Shown: piece after piece, positions 1 through 10,234 of the stretch
How the letters are laid out: each line of letters starts with the position of its first letter
How positions within the stretch are numbered: position 1 is the stretch's first letter
From: a bacterium
GTDB lineage: Bacteria > SZUA-182 > DTGQ01 > JAFGSM01
Length of the DNA: 44,987 bases
Direction: 5' to 3'
Assembly (NCBI GenBank): GCA_049472355.1
Contig: JBLIRP010000019.1
Location: 1 to 44,987, forward strand
The notes under the pieces: model-generated
Database searches by the model: none
Told to the model about the DNA's origin: nothing
Seen by the model: only the letters and a program-made list of their open reading frames with translations
Program-made: the position numbers and the translations under genes

Positions 1-640
1 GGCAAGGTGGAGGGGGTGATCGGGCAATCCTCCGAAGGGGTGTACCTTGCCCAGATCCTTCTGAAGTTCTCCGAAAGGGACCAGAGGAGGCTCTCCATCC
101 ATGATCTGCAGAACGAGGTGAGGGGAAGGCTTTCCTCGTATCCCGGTGCCATCGTCACCGTCACCAGGCCGAGTGTGGTCGGGGGCCAGATGTCTGAGGT
201 GGAGATGGAGATCGCCGGAGAGGACCTCCCCACCCTGGACAGGATGGCCCTGAAAACCAGGGATCTCGCCGGTGAGATCCCTCGAGATCTTCGTGCTCAT
301 GAGCGCGGTCATGCTGATCGGCATCGTGGTGAACAACGCCATCCTGATCGTTGACCAGTTCAACATCCACGTCAGGGAGGGGGCGACCAGGCACGGGGCG
401 ATGATCACAGCGACATGCGAGCGGTTCCGGCCCATCATCATGATCACCCTGGCAGCGGTGCTCGGCATGCTCCCCCTGGCAATGGGCAAGGGCATAGGCG
501 CGGAGATGCGGAATGCCACGGGCATCGGCTCCGCAGGCGGCATCCTTGTGTACGGCGTGCTCACCCTCGTGGTGATTCCGATACTCTATGACCTTTTTAC
601 CCGCAGGCAGGGGAATATCGGACCAGGCAACAACTCATAG
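1..640 (+). pseudogene. AcrB/RND efflux permease, C-terminal part with internal deletion and frame change near 274-290
   Basis: ORF 7..354 encodes a porter-domain segment (EIAGEDLPTL). The frame of 272..640 encodes the last TM helices (MLIGIVVNNAILIVD, RFRPIIMITLAAVLGMLPLAMG, LTLVVIPILY). The roughly 200+ residues normally between them are absent; GAGATC is repeated at 274-279 and 284-289. Confidence 0.8.
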
Positions 641-661
641 AGGGGGAATCCGATAATTGTT

Positions 662-690
662 TTGACAAAGCCGACAATCCTGGGTATACT
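662..690 (+). promoter_or_regulatory. sigma70-type promoter of the TA operon
   Basis: TTGACA (662-667), 17-nt spacer, TATACT (685-690). Confidence 0.75.
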
Positions 691-789
691 TTAATCAAGA
701 TTAAACGATTTCAATCAGATATCAGAATCATAAACAACACAATAAGTAAAAAAAGAAGATGCAGCAATGGAATTGAAAGGAGTTCAGTG

Positions 790-987
790 ATGTTAAAAAT
801 TCATAAAAATATAGTCCTTGATGAAAGTCAAAAACCGATTGCCGTGCAAATCCCAATCGAAGAGTTTGCGCATTTAGAAGAAATAATTGAAAATTATGGG
901 CTGTCAAAATTGATGGATGAGGTAAAGGATGATGAACGGCTTTCAGTTGAAGATGCTAAAAAATATTATCAGTCATTGAAGAAATAA
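790..987 (+). CDS. Putative antitoxin of a RelE/StbE-type TA pair
   Basis: Small acidic ORF with AAGGAG RBS, ending 1 nt before a RelE-like toxin; AT-rich. Alternative start at 787. Confidence 0.7.
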   Translation: MLKIHKNIVLDESQKPIAVQIPIEEFAHLEEIIENYGLSKLMDEVKDDERLSVEDAKKYYQSLKK

Positions 988-988
988 G

Positions 989-1261
989 ATGTGGGAAATT
1001 GAGTATACAAAACGGTTTCTCAAAGAACTTTCAAAGCTCCCCAAAGACATACAGGTTCAGGCAGAACGAATAGTCTTTGATGAATTATTGTCTGCCAATC
1101 CCTTCGAACTTGGATATATCGAACATATGAGAGGTTATCCCGACAAGTACAAAATCCGTATCGGAAAATACAGAATTGGCATCACAATAGATAAACTCAA
1201 CAACCTGTTAATTTGTCAACGTATCGCACATCGTAAAGATATCTACAAAATATTCCCATAA
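989..1261 (+). CDS. relE: Type II TA toxin, RelE/StbE family
   Basis: 90 aa; WEIEYTKRFLKELSKL...YKIRIGKYRI...IAHRKDIYK is the RelE/StbE pattern. Confidence 0.85.
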   Translation: MWEIEYTKRFLKELSKLPKDIQVQAERIVFDELLSANPFELGYIEHMRGYPDKYKIRIGKYRIGITIDKLNNLLICQRIAHRKDIYKIFP

Positions 1262-1325
1262 GTCAATTCTAAAATCACATACCGCATGTCAAATCGAATT
1301 TCGCCCTATCCCTTATCGATAAAAA

Positions 1326-1538
1326 TGGTGAACAACGCGATCCTGATCGTGGACCAGTTCAACATCCATGTCAGGGAGGGGGCGACCAGGCACAGGGCCA
1401 TGATCACAGCGACATGCGAGCGCTTCCGGCCCATCATCATGATCACCCTGGCATAGTGTTCTCCGCATATAGGTAATGAACCGTGGAGCGAACTTGGCAT
1501 GTGCCCCCTCGCCATGGGCACGGGGATCGTGCGGAGAT
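1326..1538 (+). repeat. Degenerate second copy of the RND permease 3' segment
   Basis: 1326-1453 matches 327-454 (128 bp, few substitutions). After a short unrelated stretch, 1494-1538 resembles 462-507. Confidence 0.9.
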
Positions 1539-1650
1539 CCCCTGCGCTGCGTATCCCTCTCGACCGTGAGGGCGAACATTATTTGAAAGGGCGCCTGGTC
1601 CAATAACGAATCTTATTGATTTTTAATATAATTAATTGGTATGATCTGTG

Positions 1651-1666
1651 TGGCACAGTTATTGAA
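1651..1666 (+). promoter_or_regulatory. Possible sigma54 (-24/-12) promoter of the TonB receptor operon
   Basis: TGGCAC-AGTTA-TTGAA; the -12 element is TTGA rather than TTGC. Confidence 0.35.
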
Positions 1667-1703
1667 TAAATAGATGTAAATTAAAAAAAATAGGGAGGAA
1701 TGC

Positions 1704-3806
1704 ATGAAATATTTCTTGTGTCCATATAAACACAGTCTGCCCAGGCCGGTCATTTTCCTCTTTATCGTCTTGGCCGCCATTTTTTTGACGGTTGCATTCT
1801 ATGCACCGATGTGCCGGGCCCAAGAAAGAAATTCGGAAGAATCCATCGACTTTACCGCCCTCAGCCTTGAGGAGCTGAAACAGATTACGATCATCTCCGT
1901 GTTGAAAAGACCTCAAAAACTCTCCGAGGCCACGTCCGCGATCTCCGTTATCACCCAGGAGGACATTCGAAGGTCCGGTGCCACCAGCATCCCCGAATTA
2001 CTGCGAGCCGTGCCCGGATTTAATGTCGCACAGATGGATTCAAGCACATGGGCGGTGAGCGCCCGGGGATTCAATAACCTGAATGCCAACAAGCTGTTGG
2101 TGCTGATGGACGGCAGGAGCCTGTATACGCCTCTTTTTTCCGGTGTTTACTGGAACATACAGGATACGCTCCTGGAGGATATAGAGCGGATCGAGGTCAT
2201 CCGGGGGCCGGGGGCCACATTGTGGGGGGCAAATGCGGTCAACGGGGTGATCAATATCATCACCAAGCATGCGAAGGAAACCCAGGGAGGGTTGGTCATA
2301 TCGGGTGCGGGTAACGAGGAAAAACGCTTCGGGGCGTTCCGGTACGGAGACAAGCTGGGGGAAGGCGCGTATGGCCGTTTCTATCTGAAATATTTCGAAC
2401 GGGATGATTTTTGGAAGGCGCCAAGGCGCTGGCTTGGACCGGGTTTCGAAGAGGACGAGGGGTGGGACTCCCTGAGGGGGGGATGGCGCATGGACTGGTC
2501 CATGTTTGGCGGGGATGCATTGACCCTGCAGGGTGATATGTATGACGGGGAGGACAGCGAGACAATCGTCTTCCCGGACCCGAATTTTCCCTCAATCGGA
2601 AGTCTCGATCTGGAGAATCATTTTTCCGGCGGTGATGTGATTTTGCGCTGGATGCATGCCATTTCCGACGAATCCGATATGGCGCTCCAGCTTTATTATG
2701 ACCGGACAAAACAGGAAAGAAACAAGGGCGATCAATCCCAGTACAAGGAGCGGTTCGACACCTTTGACGTGGACTTTCAGCACAATTTCAGGCTGGGAAC
2801 GCGCCAGGGGATTATCTGGGGCCTTGGATACCGGTTGATCAGCGACCGATTCGAGGCCAGCGAGGCGGATCCCAACAGGCCCGTGTTTCTTATTGATCCC
2901 CAAAGCCGCGACACCCATATCGTGAGCGCCTTTTTTCAGGACGAGATAGCCCTCATCCGGGACAGGCTTCTGTTCACCGTGGGATCGAAGCTCGAGCACA
3001 ATGACTATACCGGGTTTGAGGTGCAGCCGGGCGTCCGGATGCTGTGGAACCCCTCCGACTCGCAAAATGTCTGGGCATCCGTTTCCCGTGCGGTCCGCAC
3101 GCCCTCCCGTTCGGAATACGATACCGAGTCCTCCATCACGGTATCTTCTCCCTGGCCTTCCTGGTCCCGGCCCAGGATGGAGGAGGCGGAGGATTTGCTT
3201 GCCTATGAGGCCGGATACCGGATTCAACTTACCGGGTCCTTCTCCCTCGATCTGGCATCCTATCTGAACGAGTATGATAGCCTCAACATCTTTGGCTATA
3301 ACACGGCGGAGGCGGAAACCTATGGAATGGAATTGGCTGTAAACTGGGATGTGTTGCCGTGGTGGCGCATTCAGGCATCGTATTCATACCTGCATATGCA
3401 CCTCAGTCGTGCCTATCGGTCTCCGCCCCCCTTCGACCCCAATTTTTCGTTTCCTCATGATCCGAATGTCCCGATGTTTCCGCCGCCGTTTGACACATCC
3501 CTGGACAAATCCAGCCCGAATCATCAGTACGTGATCCATTCAGCCTGGGACCTTTACCGGAATATCGATCTTGATCTGGAGATGAGGTATGTGGACAACC
3601 TGGACATCTATGTGGGGAGCTACACGGAGCTGGACGCCCGTATCGGCTGGAAGCCAAGAAGGGATCTTGAGCTTTCCGTTGTGGGCCGAAACCTTCTGCA
3701 CGAGCATCACCCCGAATTCCTGTCTCACGGCTTCCTGCCCTTTTCAGGCGGGGAATACAGTGAAGTGGATCGCAGCATCTACGGGAAGATCACATGTCGA
3801 TTTTAA
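1704..3806 (+). CDS. TonB-dependent receptor (plug + barrel)
   Basis: Signal peptide; plug motifs (AISVITQEDIRRSGATSIPELLRAVPG, IERIEVIRGPGATLWGANAVNGVINIITK); C-terminal RSIYGKITCRF. Confidence 0.95.
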   Translation: MKYFLCPYKHSLPRPVIFLFIVLAAIFLTVAFYAPMCRAQERNSEESIDFTALSLEELKQITIISVLKRPQKLSEATSAISVITQEDIRRSGATSIPELLRAVPGFNVAQMDSSTWAVSARGFNNLNANKLLVLMDGRSLYTPLFSGVYWNIQDTLLEDIERIEVIRGPGATLWGANAVNGVINIITKHAKETQGGLVISGAGNEEKRFGAFRYGDKLGEGAYGRFYLKYFERDDFWKAPRRWLGPGFEEDEGWDSLRGGWRMDWSMFGGDALTLQGDMYDGEDSETIVFPDPNFPSIGSLDLENHFSGGDVILRWMHAISDESDMALQLYYDRTKQERNKGDQSQYKERFDTFDVDFQHNFRLGTRQGIIWGLGYRLISDRFEASEADPNRPVFLIDPQSRDTHIVSAFFQDEIALIRDRLLFTVGSKLEHNDYTGFEVQPGVRMLWNPSDSQNVWASVSRAVRTPSRSEYDTESSITVSSPWPSWSRPRMEEAEDLLAYEAGYRIQLTGSFSLDLASYLNEYDSLNIFGYNTAEAETYGMELAVNWDVLPWWRIQASYSYLHMHLSRAYRSPPPFDPNFSFPHDPNVPMFPPPFDTSLDKSSPNHQYVIHSAWDLYRNIDLDLEMRYVDNLDIYVGSYTELDARIGWKPRRDLELSVVGRNLLHEHHPEFLSHGFLPFSGGEYSEVDRSIYGKITCRF

Positions 3807-4375
3807 CCGGGAAAACAGTTACAGGATGGTGGCTTTATGCCATGATCACGATGTGTGTCGTGGCATTCGCCGGGGTGCGTGCGCATGCCCAAACCCTTTA
3901 CGGGCTGGAATACAAGGTGAAGGCGGGCTTTATCTATAATTTTGCAAAGTTCATCGAATGGCCCGCGGAGAAACCCAGCCATGATCCCAACTCCATTATT
4001 ATCGGCATTATCCCGGACACCCCGGAGACGGATGTCTTTTTCTCCCTGAGGGACAAGAGTGTAGGCGGCAAAGGGATCGAGGTGAAGAAATTCAAGGACG
4101 TGAGAGACAAGGGCGTTGAACGCTGCCATATCCTGTTCTTTGATTCGAAGGATGAGGGATTCGTAAAGGAGTGCCTGTTGATCGTTCAATATCGAAGTGT
4201 TCTAACGGTTGGACATATGGAAGGCTTTATCCAGGCGGGGGGCATCATCAACTTCTTTACCGAAGAGGGCAGGCTTCGATTCGAGGTGAACCTCGATGCG
4301 GCAAAGCGGGCCAGGATCAAACTGGGGTCCCAAATCCTCATGTCCGCTGAGATCGTAAGGGAGAAGGAGCAATAA
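3794..4375 (+). CDS. yfiR: YfiR-family periplasmic protein
   Basis: EYKVKAGFIYNFAKFIEWP and GGIINF...LRFEVNLDAAKRARIKLGSQIL motifs; signal peptide. Confidence 0.9.
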   Translation: MSILTGKTVTGWWLYAMITMCVVAFAGVRAHAQTLYGLEYKVKAGFIYNFAKFIEWPAEKPSHDPNSIIIGIIPDTPETDVFFSLRDKSVGGKGIEVKKFKDVRDKGVERCHILFFDSKDEGFVKECLLIVQYRSVLTVGHMEGFIQAGGIINFFTEEGRLRFEVNLDAAKRARIKLGSQILMSAEIVREKEQ

Positions 4376-4376
4376 A

Positions 4377-6737
4377 ATGTCCTTCCTCCGGAGGCTAATC
4401 GATTTATCTTCCTTTCAAAATATATCCATCAAACGAAAGCTCATTTTGATCATTCTCCTCACCAGTTGGATTACCCTGCTTGTCGCCTCCATCGCCTTTA
4501 TCGTAAAGGACGTGGTTACCTTTCGCCAGGCGATGGTGAAGGACATCACCAGTATCGCGCAGGTGGTCGGCATGAACAGCTCCGGTGCGCTCGTGTTTAA
4601 TGACCCGCGGACTGCCGAAAACAACCTTTCCGCTTTACGTTCAAAGCCGAACGTCACCTTTGCCTGTATCTATGACAGGGACGGAACGGTCTTCGCCACC
4701 TTTTCCGGAAGGGATACAGCGGATGCCTTCACCCCTCCGGCTCCTCAAAAAACCGGTCATTATTTTCACATGGGGCATCTCTATCTATTTCATCAAATCC
4801 TTCTTGAACGGGAGATGATCGGGACCATTTTCATTCAAACCGATCTCTCGGAGATTCATTCGCGCATAAAACAATCGGGGGGAATCGTCGGGATCATTAT
4901 ATCCGTGGCCTTTTTATTGGCGATGATGCTCTCGTTTTTGCTGCACCGTGTGGTTTCCGAGCCGGTCTTGAACCTGGCCATGATCGCGAAGACCATTTCA
5001 AAGGAGAGGGATTATTCCATACGGGCACGCAAGCGAGGCCAGGATGAAATCGGGACCCTTATTGACGGGTTTAATGAGATGCTCGATGAAATCCAGAAAC
5101 GGGATAATGAACTGGAAAGCCACCGTGAACACCTGGAAGAAATGGTGGCCGACCGCACCGCCAAATTGAAAAGGCAGCAAAAGGATTTGAAGGAGGCGCT
5201 CAACCGTGCCGAGCAATTGACGGTTGAGGCCCAATCGGCCAACCGGGCAAAGAGCGAATTTCTCGCAAACATGAGTCATGAGATACGCACCCCCATGAAT
5301 GCCATACTCGGTTTTACGGATTTGCTGGACTCCCGCATCAACGACAAGGAACAAAAGGCCTATCTCAAATCGATCAAGTCGAGCGGCAAGAGCCTGTTGA
5401 CGCTTATCAATGACATCCTCGATCTTTCCAAGATTGAATCCGGGAAAATGGAGCTTCAACTCGAGCCGGTCAACCCCTACTCCATCTTCAGCGAGATTAA
5501 ACACATATTCTCCCCGAACATATCCGACAAGGGGCTCAATTTTTTCCTGGAGGTCGATCCTGCCCTTCCTGCACATCTGCTTTTGGACGAGGTGCGGCTG
5601 CGACAGATCCTCTTTAACCTGGTGGGCAATGCCGTTAAGTTTACCGACAAGGGGTATATAAAACTCTCAGCCAGGAATATGGCGAAGCAGGAGGGGAATG
5701 GCACCATTGATCTCATGATAGCGGTGGAAGACACCGGAATCGGCATTGCTTCGGGGTCCTTGAAGACCATATTCGAGGCGTTCAGACAGCAGGATGGTCA
5801 AAGTACCAAAATCTATGGCGGCACCGGGCTGGGGCTTGCCATTTCAAAGCGATTGGTTGAAATGATGGGAGGCGTCATATCCGCTCAAAGCACCCCCAAA
5901 AAGGGGAGTGCCTTTGAGATCTTGCTCAAGGATGTGAGAGTTGCCTCTACTCGTTTGGTATCTCAGGAGGAAAGGGATTTTGACCCTGGAAACATCACCT
6001 TTGATGAGGCCGTCATACTTGTGGTGGAGGATGTCCCGCTCAATCGTGCACTCATACGGGAATATCTGCGACACACAGAAATCAGCGTCGTCGAGGCCGA
6101 AGACGGCAAACAGGCCCTTGTATGTGCCAGGAAACATCACCCCGATGCCATTTTAATGGACATCAAGATGCCGGTCTTGAATGGATATGAAGCGCTACAC
6201 CGCTTGAGAGATGATGATGCCCTGAAAAAGACACCGGTGATTGCCTTGACGGCTTCGGGGATGAAGAAGGACAAGGAAAGGATCTTGGAGAGCGGATTCG
6301 ACGGGTTTCTGGTGAAGCCCTTGCAGGTCTTCGATCTATACAGGGAGTTGGCCCGTTTTCTTCCCTATTCGACAAGGGAGCGGACGGCACAGCAAACGGC
6401 GAAGGATGCGCGGAAGAGGCGGCCGCCGGAAAAGCTGCCTCCCGAGGCATTGGCAAAATTTCCTGAAATAATCAATGCATTGGAAAATGAAATGATGGGT
6501 TCATGGCGGATTGCCCGTCAAAAGGGGCTTTTTGATGATATCGCCAGTTTCGGCAATCAAATAAAGAGGCTTGGGGATAGATATGCACTGGAGTGCCTGA
6601 AGGAATTCGGCAATGATTTGATCCGGCATGTCAACAGCTTTGATATCGAGAGCATGTGCGCCGCCCTGGAGGCCTACCCCGCATTGATCACCCGGATCAA
6701 ATTGCTTCGACACAAGCATGTCCACGGAAAGAGATGA
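4377..6737 (+). CDS. Hybrid sensor histidine kinase (periplasmic sensor, HAMP, HisKA, HATPase, REC)
   Basis: Two TMs; HAMP (DEIGTLIDGFNEML); H-box FLANMSHEIRTPMNAI; N/G boxes (NLVGNAVKFT, DTGIGI, GGTGLGLAI); receiver ILMDIKMP. Confidence 0.95.
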   Translation: MSFLRRLIDLSSFQNISIKRKLILIILLTSWITLLVASIAFIVKDVVTFRQAMVKDITSIAQVVGMNSSGALVFNDPRTAENNLSALRSKPNVTFACIYDRDGTVFATFSGRDTADAFTPPAPQKTGHYFHMGHLYLFHQILLEREMIGTIFIQTDLSEIHSRIKQSGGIVGIIISVAFLLAMMLSFLLHRVVSEPVLNLAMIAKTISKERDYSIRARKRGQDEIGTLIDGFNEMLDEIQKRDNELESHREHLEEMVADRTAKLKRQQKDLKEALNRAEQLTVEAQSANRAKSEFLANMSHEIRTPMNAILGFTDLLDSRINDKEQKAYLKSIKSSGKSLLTLINDILDLSKIESGKMELQLEPVNPYSIFSEIKHIFSPNISDKGLNFFLEVDPALPAHLLLDEVRLRQILFNLVGNAVKFTDKGYIKLSARNMAKQEGNGTIDLMIAVEDTGIGIASGSLKTIFEAFRQQDGQSTKIYGGTGLGLAISKRLVEMMGGVISAQSTPKKGSAFEILLKDVRVASTRLVSQEERDFDPGNITFDEAVILVVEDVPLNRALIREYLRHTEISVVEAEDGKQALVCARKHHPDAILMDIKMPVLNGYEALHRLRDDDALKKTPVIALTASGMKKDKERILESGFDGFLVKPLQVFDLYRELARFLPYSTRERTAQQTAKDARKRRPPEKLPPEALAKFPEIINALENEMMGSWRIARQKGLFDDIASFGNQIKRLGDRYALECLKEFGNDLIRHVNSFDIESMCAALEAYPALITRIKLLRHKHVHGKR

Positions 6738-6738
6738 G

Positions 6739-7911
6739 ATGAACGAAGCCTGCAATGCATATAGGATCCTGATCGTTGATGACGTTCCCCGCAATATTCA
6801 GGTACTGGCCAATATTCTGAAAGAGGCCGGTTATCAATTGGGATTCGCCAAGGACGGCAAGGCGGCCCTTGCCCACATGGAATCCACCCGGTTTGATCTC
6901 ATCCTGTTGGATATCATGATGCCGGGGGTCGATGGGTACGAGGTCTGTGAACAGATCAAAAGGCATAAGCGGACCAGGGATATACCGGTCATCTTTATCA
7001 CCGCCCTGCATGGGACGGAGAACAAAACAAAGGGATTCGAACTCGGGGCCGTTGATTATATTACCAAGCCGTTTGATGCACTGGAGGTCCTGGCAAGGGT
7101 GAAAACACATCTTACCATCCGGGAATATGCAACACAATTGGAGCGACTGGTCGAAGAAAGGACCCGTCAGCTCATGCATGCGGATCGTCTGGCCACATTG
7201 GGTACGTTTGCCGCAGCCATTATCCATGAAATCAATAACCCGCTCTCCTATATTATAGGGAATACCAAGCTTCTGGAGATGTTCTGGAGCACGGCACGTC
7301 CGATTCTGGAGGCGCATGCCGGCGATGACAAAACCGGGCAATTGTGTAATGATGTAAAGGAGATCGATGGATGGCTCAAATATCTCGGTGAGGGCTGCCA
7401 TCGTATAGCTCAATTGGTCAAGAGCCTGAAGTCATATTCCAGGCAGAGCACGGTCCATAAGGGGCATTTTTTGCTGGCTGATATCATCAATGATGCCCTT
7501 CGTCTGGTCAGTCACAAGATTAAGATTCACGCCGTCATGGTGCAGGTGAGCGTCCCCCCGGATCTGAAGGTATATTGCGATCCACAAAAGATTTCCCAGG
7601 TATTCGTCAATCTTATTGATAATGCCTGTGATGCCGTGCCGGATCAGACCGGCAGGATAACCATCACTGCTGCAATGATAAACGGTCATGCCTCGGTCAG
7701 GATCAAGGATAATGGTCCCGGTATATCGGGTGGAATCGGGGAAGAGATCTTCAATCCCTTTTTCACCACCAAGGGTAACGACATAGGGACCGGGCTCGGG
7801 CTTTTTATTGTCAGGAAGATAATAGAGGAACACAACGGAAGGATCTCATTGTCCCCGGCTGATGGAACCGGAACGGAATTCACCGTTCTCCTGCCTGTTG
7901 AGGGCAAATAA
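6739..7911 (+). CDS. Hybrid response regulator/histidine kinase (REC-HisKA-HATPase)
   Basis: ILIVDD...LLDIMMPGVDG...KPF receiver; HEINNPL H-box; DNGPGI, FFTTK, GTGLGL. Alternative start at 6718. Confidence 0.95.
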   Translation: MNEACNAYRILIVDDVPRNIQVLANILKEAGYQLGFAKDGKAALAHMESTRFDLILLDIMMPGVDGYEVCEQIKRHKRTRDIPVIFITALHGTENKTKGFELGAVDYITKPFDALEVLARVKTHLTIREYATQLERLVEERTRQLMHADRLATLGTFAAAIIHEINNPLSYIIGNTKLLEMFWSTARPILEAHAGDDKTGQLCNDVKEIDGWLKYLGEGCHRIAQLVKSLKSYSRQSTVHKGHFLLADIINDALRLVSHKIKIHAVMVQVSVPPDLKVYCDPQKISQVFVNLIDNACDAVPDQTGRITITAAMINGHASVRIKDNGPGISGGIGEEIFNPFFTTKGNDIGTGLGLFIVRKIIEEHNGRISLSPADGTGTEFTVLLPVEGK

Positions 7912-7926
7912 ACCCTAACGCATTAT

Positions 7927-8014
7927 GGGGTCAGGTCTTGAATTGTCAGTTTTGTCCCGAAAATAGAATCATATTTTCATCCTTCGTGGCGCCGCTAAAG
8001 CGGCATGAGGGTTT
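7927..8014 (+). repeat. REP-like repeat family A, copy 1
   Basis: GGGGTCAGGTCTTGAATTGTCAGTTTT end followed by one palindromic unit TTTTCATCCTTCGTGGCGCCGCTAAAGCGGCATGAGGGTTT. Confidence 0.85.
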
Positions 8015-8848
8015 CTCACGAAGGTAATTACAATCCCCTGGATCTCTGTGGTTTCTTAAACGCACTGTTAGGTACGCCATGCGATCACATGTACCCTCGT
8101 GATGACGGTGCCTTGTATTCATTGACGAACGGGAAACGGCCGGTCCGCAGTTGCGGAAGTCGATACGCTGGGGTAACAGGATACGTGCCGCGGCCATGCA
8201 TCCCGATGAGGGCCGCCATTGAGCGCAGGGGTATCGGTGAAGAGATACAATAAAATCATAGTGTTGCAAGAGGAAATACCAGGGTTTTCTCCAGCAGTCG
8301 GGGGGTGATTTAACTTATTGATTTTTAATCAGATTTCTTGTATAATATAATAAAAAATACTGCCATATGGAATGATGACATCTTCGTTGAAGATGAGGCA
8401 GCATATCACGTCCAAGGCACCTCCTCCTTCTCTCCGGGTATAGTATGCCGCAATCATGAACCGTGGAGAGGTTTTATCTTGAATCGAAGGGGGTGGATTC
8501 CCTCGGAGAGGAGGTGTCTCTGCAGTCCCGTGCAACCGCAGTTGGATATACGCATGGAAAACAGTGGTGAAACAGTATGGCTCGATTCTGGGATGGCCTT
8601 TTACGGCTTCTTTACGACGGCATCCGCTTAGGGGTGCTGTTCTATCTGGTCGTTCAATTCGTCCGCCTGACGCTCTGGTCGGTAAGACACTGAAACGATA
8701 AACTCGTGGAAACCAGGGGGAACAATCCACATCCTTTTAATTCCTTCCAAAAACCACGATAATAGAGGTATGCACCTATACGTGGACGATATGCGTTTGC
8801 CCCCACCCCTTTTCGGGATTAATGGTTCCTTGTGACAGGGAGATCGGA

Positions 8849-9013
8849 ATGACGGATGAACAATTCGACAGAATGATAGGCGCAATTGAATTGCTGGCAA
8901 AAAGCATCACGGAGGGATGCAAAGACATCAAGGACGGCCTTGACGATGTGTCGGCCTCGATCTTGGAGTTGTCTGATTTTATTAATATAGATGAGCCACA
9001 GTACAATGACTGA
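8849..9013 (+). CDS. Small hypothetical acidic helical protein
   Basis: GGGAG RBS then MTDEQFDRMIGAIELLAKSITEG...; 54 aa; no family recognised. Confidence 0.4.
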   Translation: MTDEQFDRMIGAIELLAKSITEGCKDIKDGLDDVSASILELSDFINIDEPQYND

Positions 9014-9468
9014 ATACCGGCTCATCCCATCTATTCGCGATCTACTCGTCACCCGTCTCAACAGTGAGGGTGGTTGACTCAGAGCAATGTATCCAGTATC
9101 CCCTTCCTGGTTGCAGGAGAGCGGTACGATCGAGGAGATCATAGTGATTCGAAAATGCGAAAACGGCCTTGATCATTCCCTTTCCTACCGATGGTTTTGC
9201 AGGCCGCGAACATCCGCCGATCATGCACCAGTGGTTTGGGAAGGCAGGAACGGTATACTCCTCGATGGATTTGATGGCCGATACCTGGTATTCCTGGGCG
9301 AGGATAGACGCCGAAAAATGCACCGATGAGATCAACAGGATATTCGCGGCAATAACGACCCCTGCGGGAAAGGATCGTGGCGAGACCGACATAGAAATTC
9401 CCCCCCGAATCTATACAATAGTATACCATCTACGGATGCAAAATTCATCCGGCATCCGATTACTTTGA
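9006..9468 (+). pseudogene. Probable decayed hypothetical gene
   Basis: ATG at 9006 is in frame with ORF 9087 across a single TGA (9075-9077); a frame change near 9150 leads into ORF 9169..9468. Confidence 0.35.
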
Positions 9469-9542
9469 ATGCAAAAGGATAAGACATCTTTGGAGTGGAC
9501 CGTGTTATGCCTGGATTAATGTATATGCATTGCGATCATGTG

Positions 9543-9587
9543 AAAAGAAAGGGGGCCGGCAGCGGAGTTTCGATACCGCGCCGGCCC
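9543..9587 (-). terminator. Rho-independent terminator
   Basis: GGGCCGGC...GCCGGCCC stem followed on the minus strand by TTTCTTTT, just downstream of 9635. Confidence 0.75.
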
Positions 9588-9634
9588 TGCTGTTTTAGTT
9601 GTCGATTGTCTGTCACATGCTATCGACCATGCAA

Positions 9635-10234
9635 CTACAAATAGGTCCCCGTGAAGGTGAGCGCAGGATTCAGAAGCTGTGCCGCAGTCAGGAGGGAGGG
9701 ATTTATCCCGTAATATCCCTGCCAGAAGGGATTGACCAAGGGGACCCAGAAGTTGAGCCAGGCGGCTGGATTAAAGGTATACAAGCTCTCGAACCCGAGT
9801 GGAAGGGAAATCGGCGCGGGTACTATGGAGGTGCCCGTGGCGGTCGTCGTCGCCGTCTGCATATAGGTGGGAGGCCATGTCTTGAAGGAGCTAAAGGCCG
9901 AGACAAACCCTTCCAAGGGGTCAAAGAATTTCAACGTCGGATCACCGTAGCTGGGGATATAGTTGTAGAGCAGATAGAAATAGGGCAGGGAAGGGTCCCA
10001 GACGAGTGCAGGTTGAACAGGGAGGAAGGTGTTCACGTCCAGTGTGCTTACAAGCGGGGTAGGCGCCCCGGTCACGGGGTCGGGTGGTGAGAGCACCGGC
10101 GACCATAGGGGCCACAGGACGTTATAGGGGGGAAGGGCGGTCCATCCCTGGGCAAACAACGTGTGAGAGACAAGAAAGACGCTCACCAGGATGACGGTGA
10201 GGGTGAGTATACACAGCGAAACGTTTCTCTTCAT
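9635..10234 (-). CDS. Secreted Pro/aromatic/Thr-rich hypothetical protein
   Basis: Signal peptide ending LFA-Q; mature region QGWTALPPYNVLWPLWSP...; own promoter and terminator. Alternative start at 10258. Confidence 0.85.
   Translation of the reverse strand: MKRNVSLCILTLTVILVSVFLVSHTLFAQGWTALPPYNVLWPLWSPVLSPPDPVTGAPTPLVSTLDVNTFLPVQPALVWDPSLPYFYLLYNYIPSYGDPTLKFFDPLEGFVSAFSSFKTWPPTYMQTATTTATGTSIVPAPISLPLGFESLYTFNPAAWLNFWVPLVNPFWQGYYGINPSLLTAAQLLNPALTFTGTYL

Noticed and set aside
9075..9077. In-frame TGA as selenocysteine or alternative genetic code
   Set aside because: No Cys/redox context, a frameshift follows nearby, and TGA is a normal stop in other genes here.
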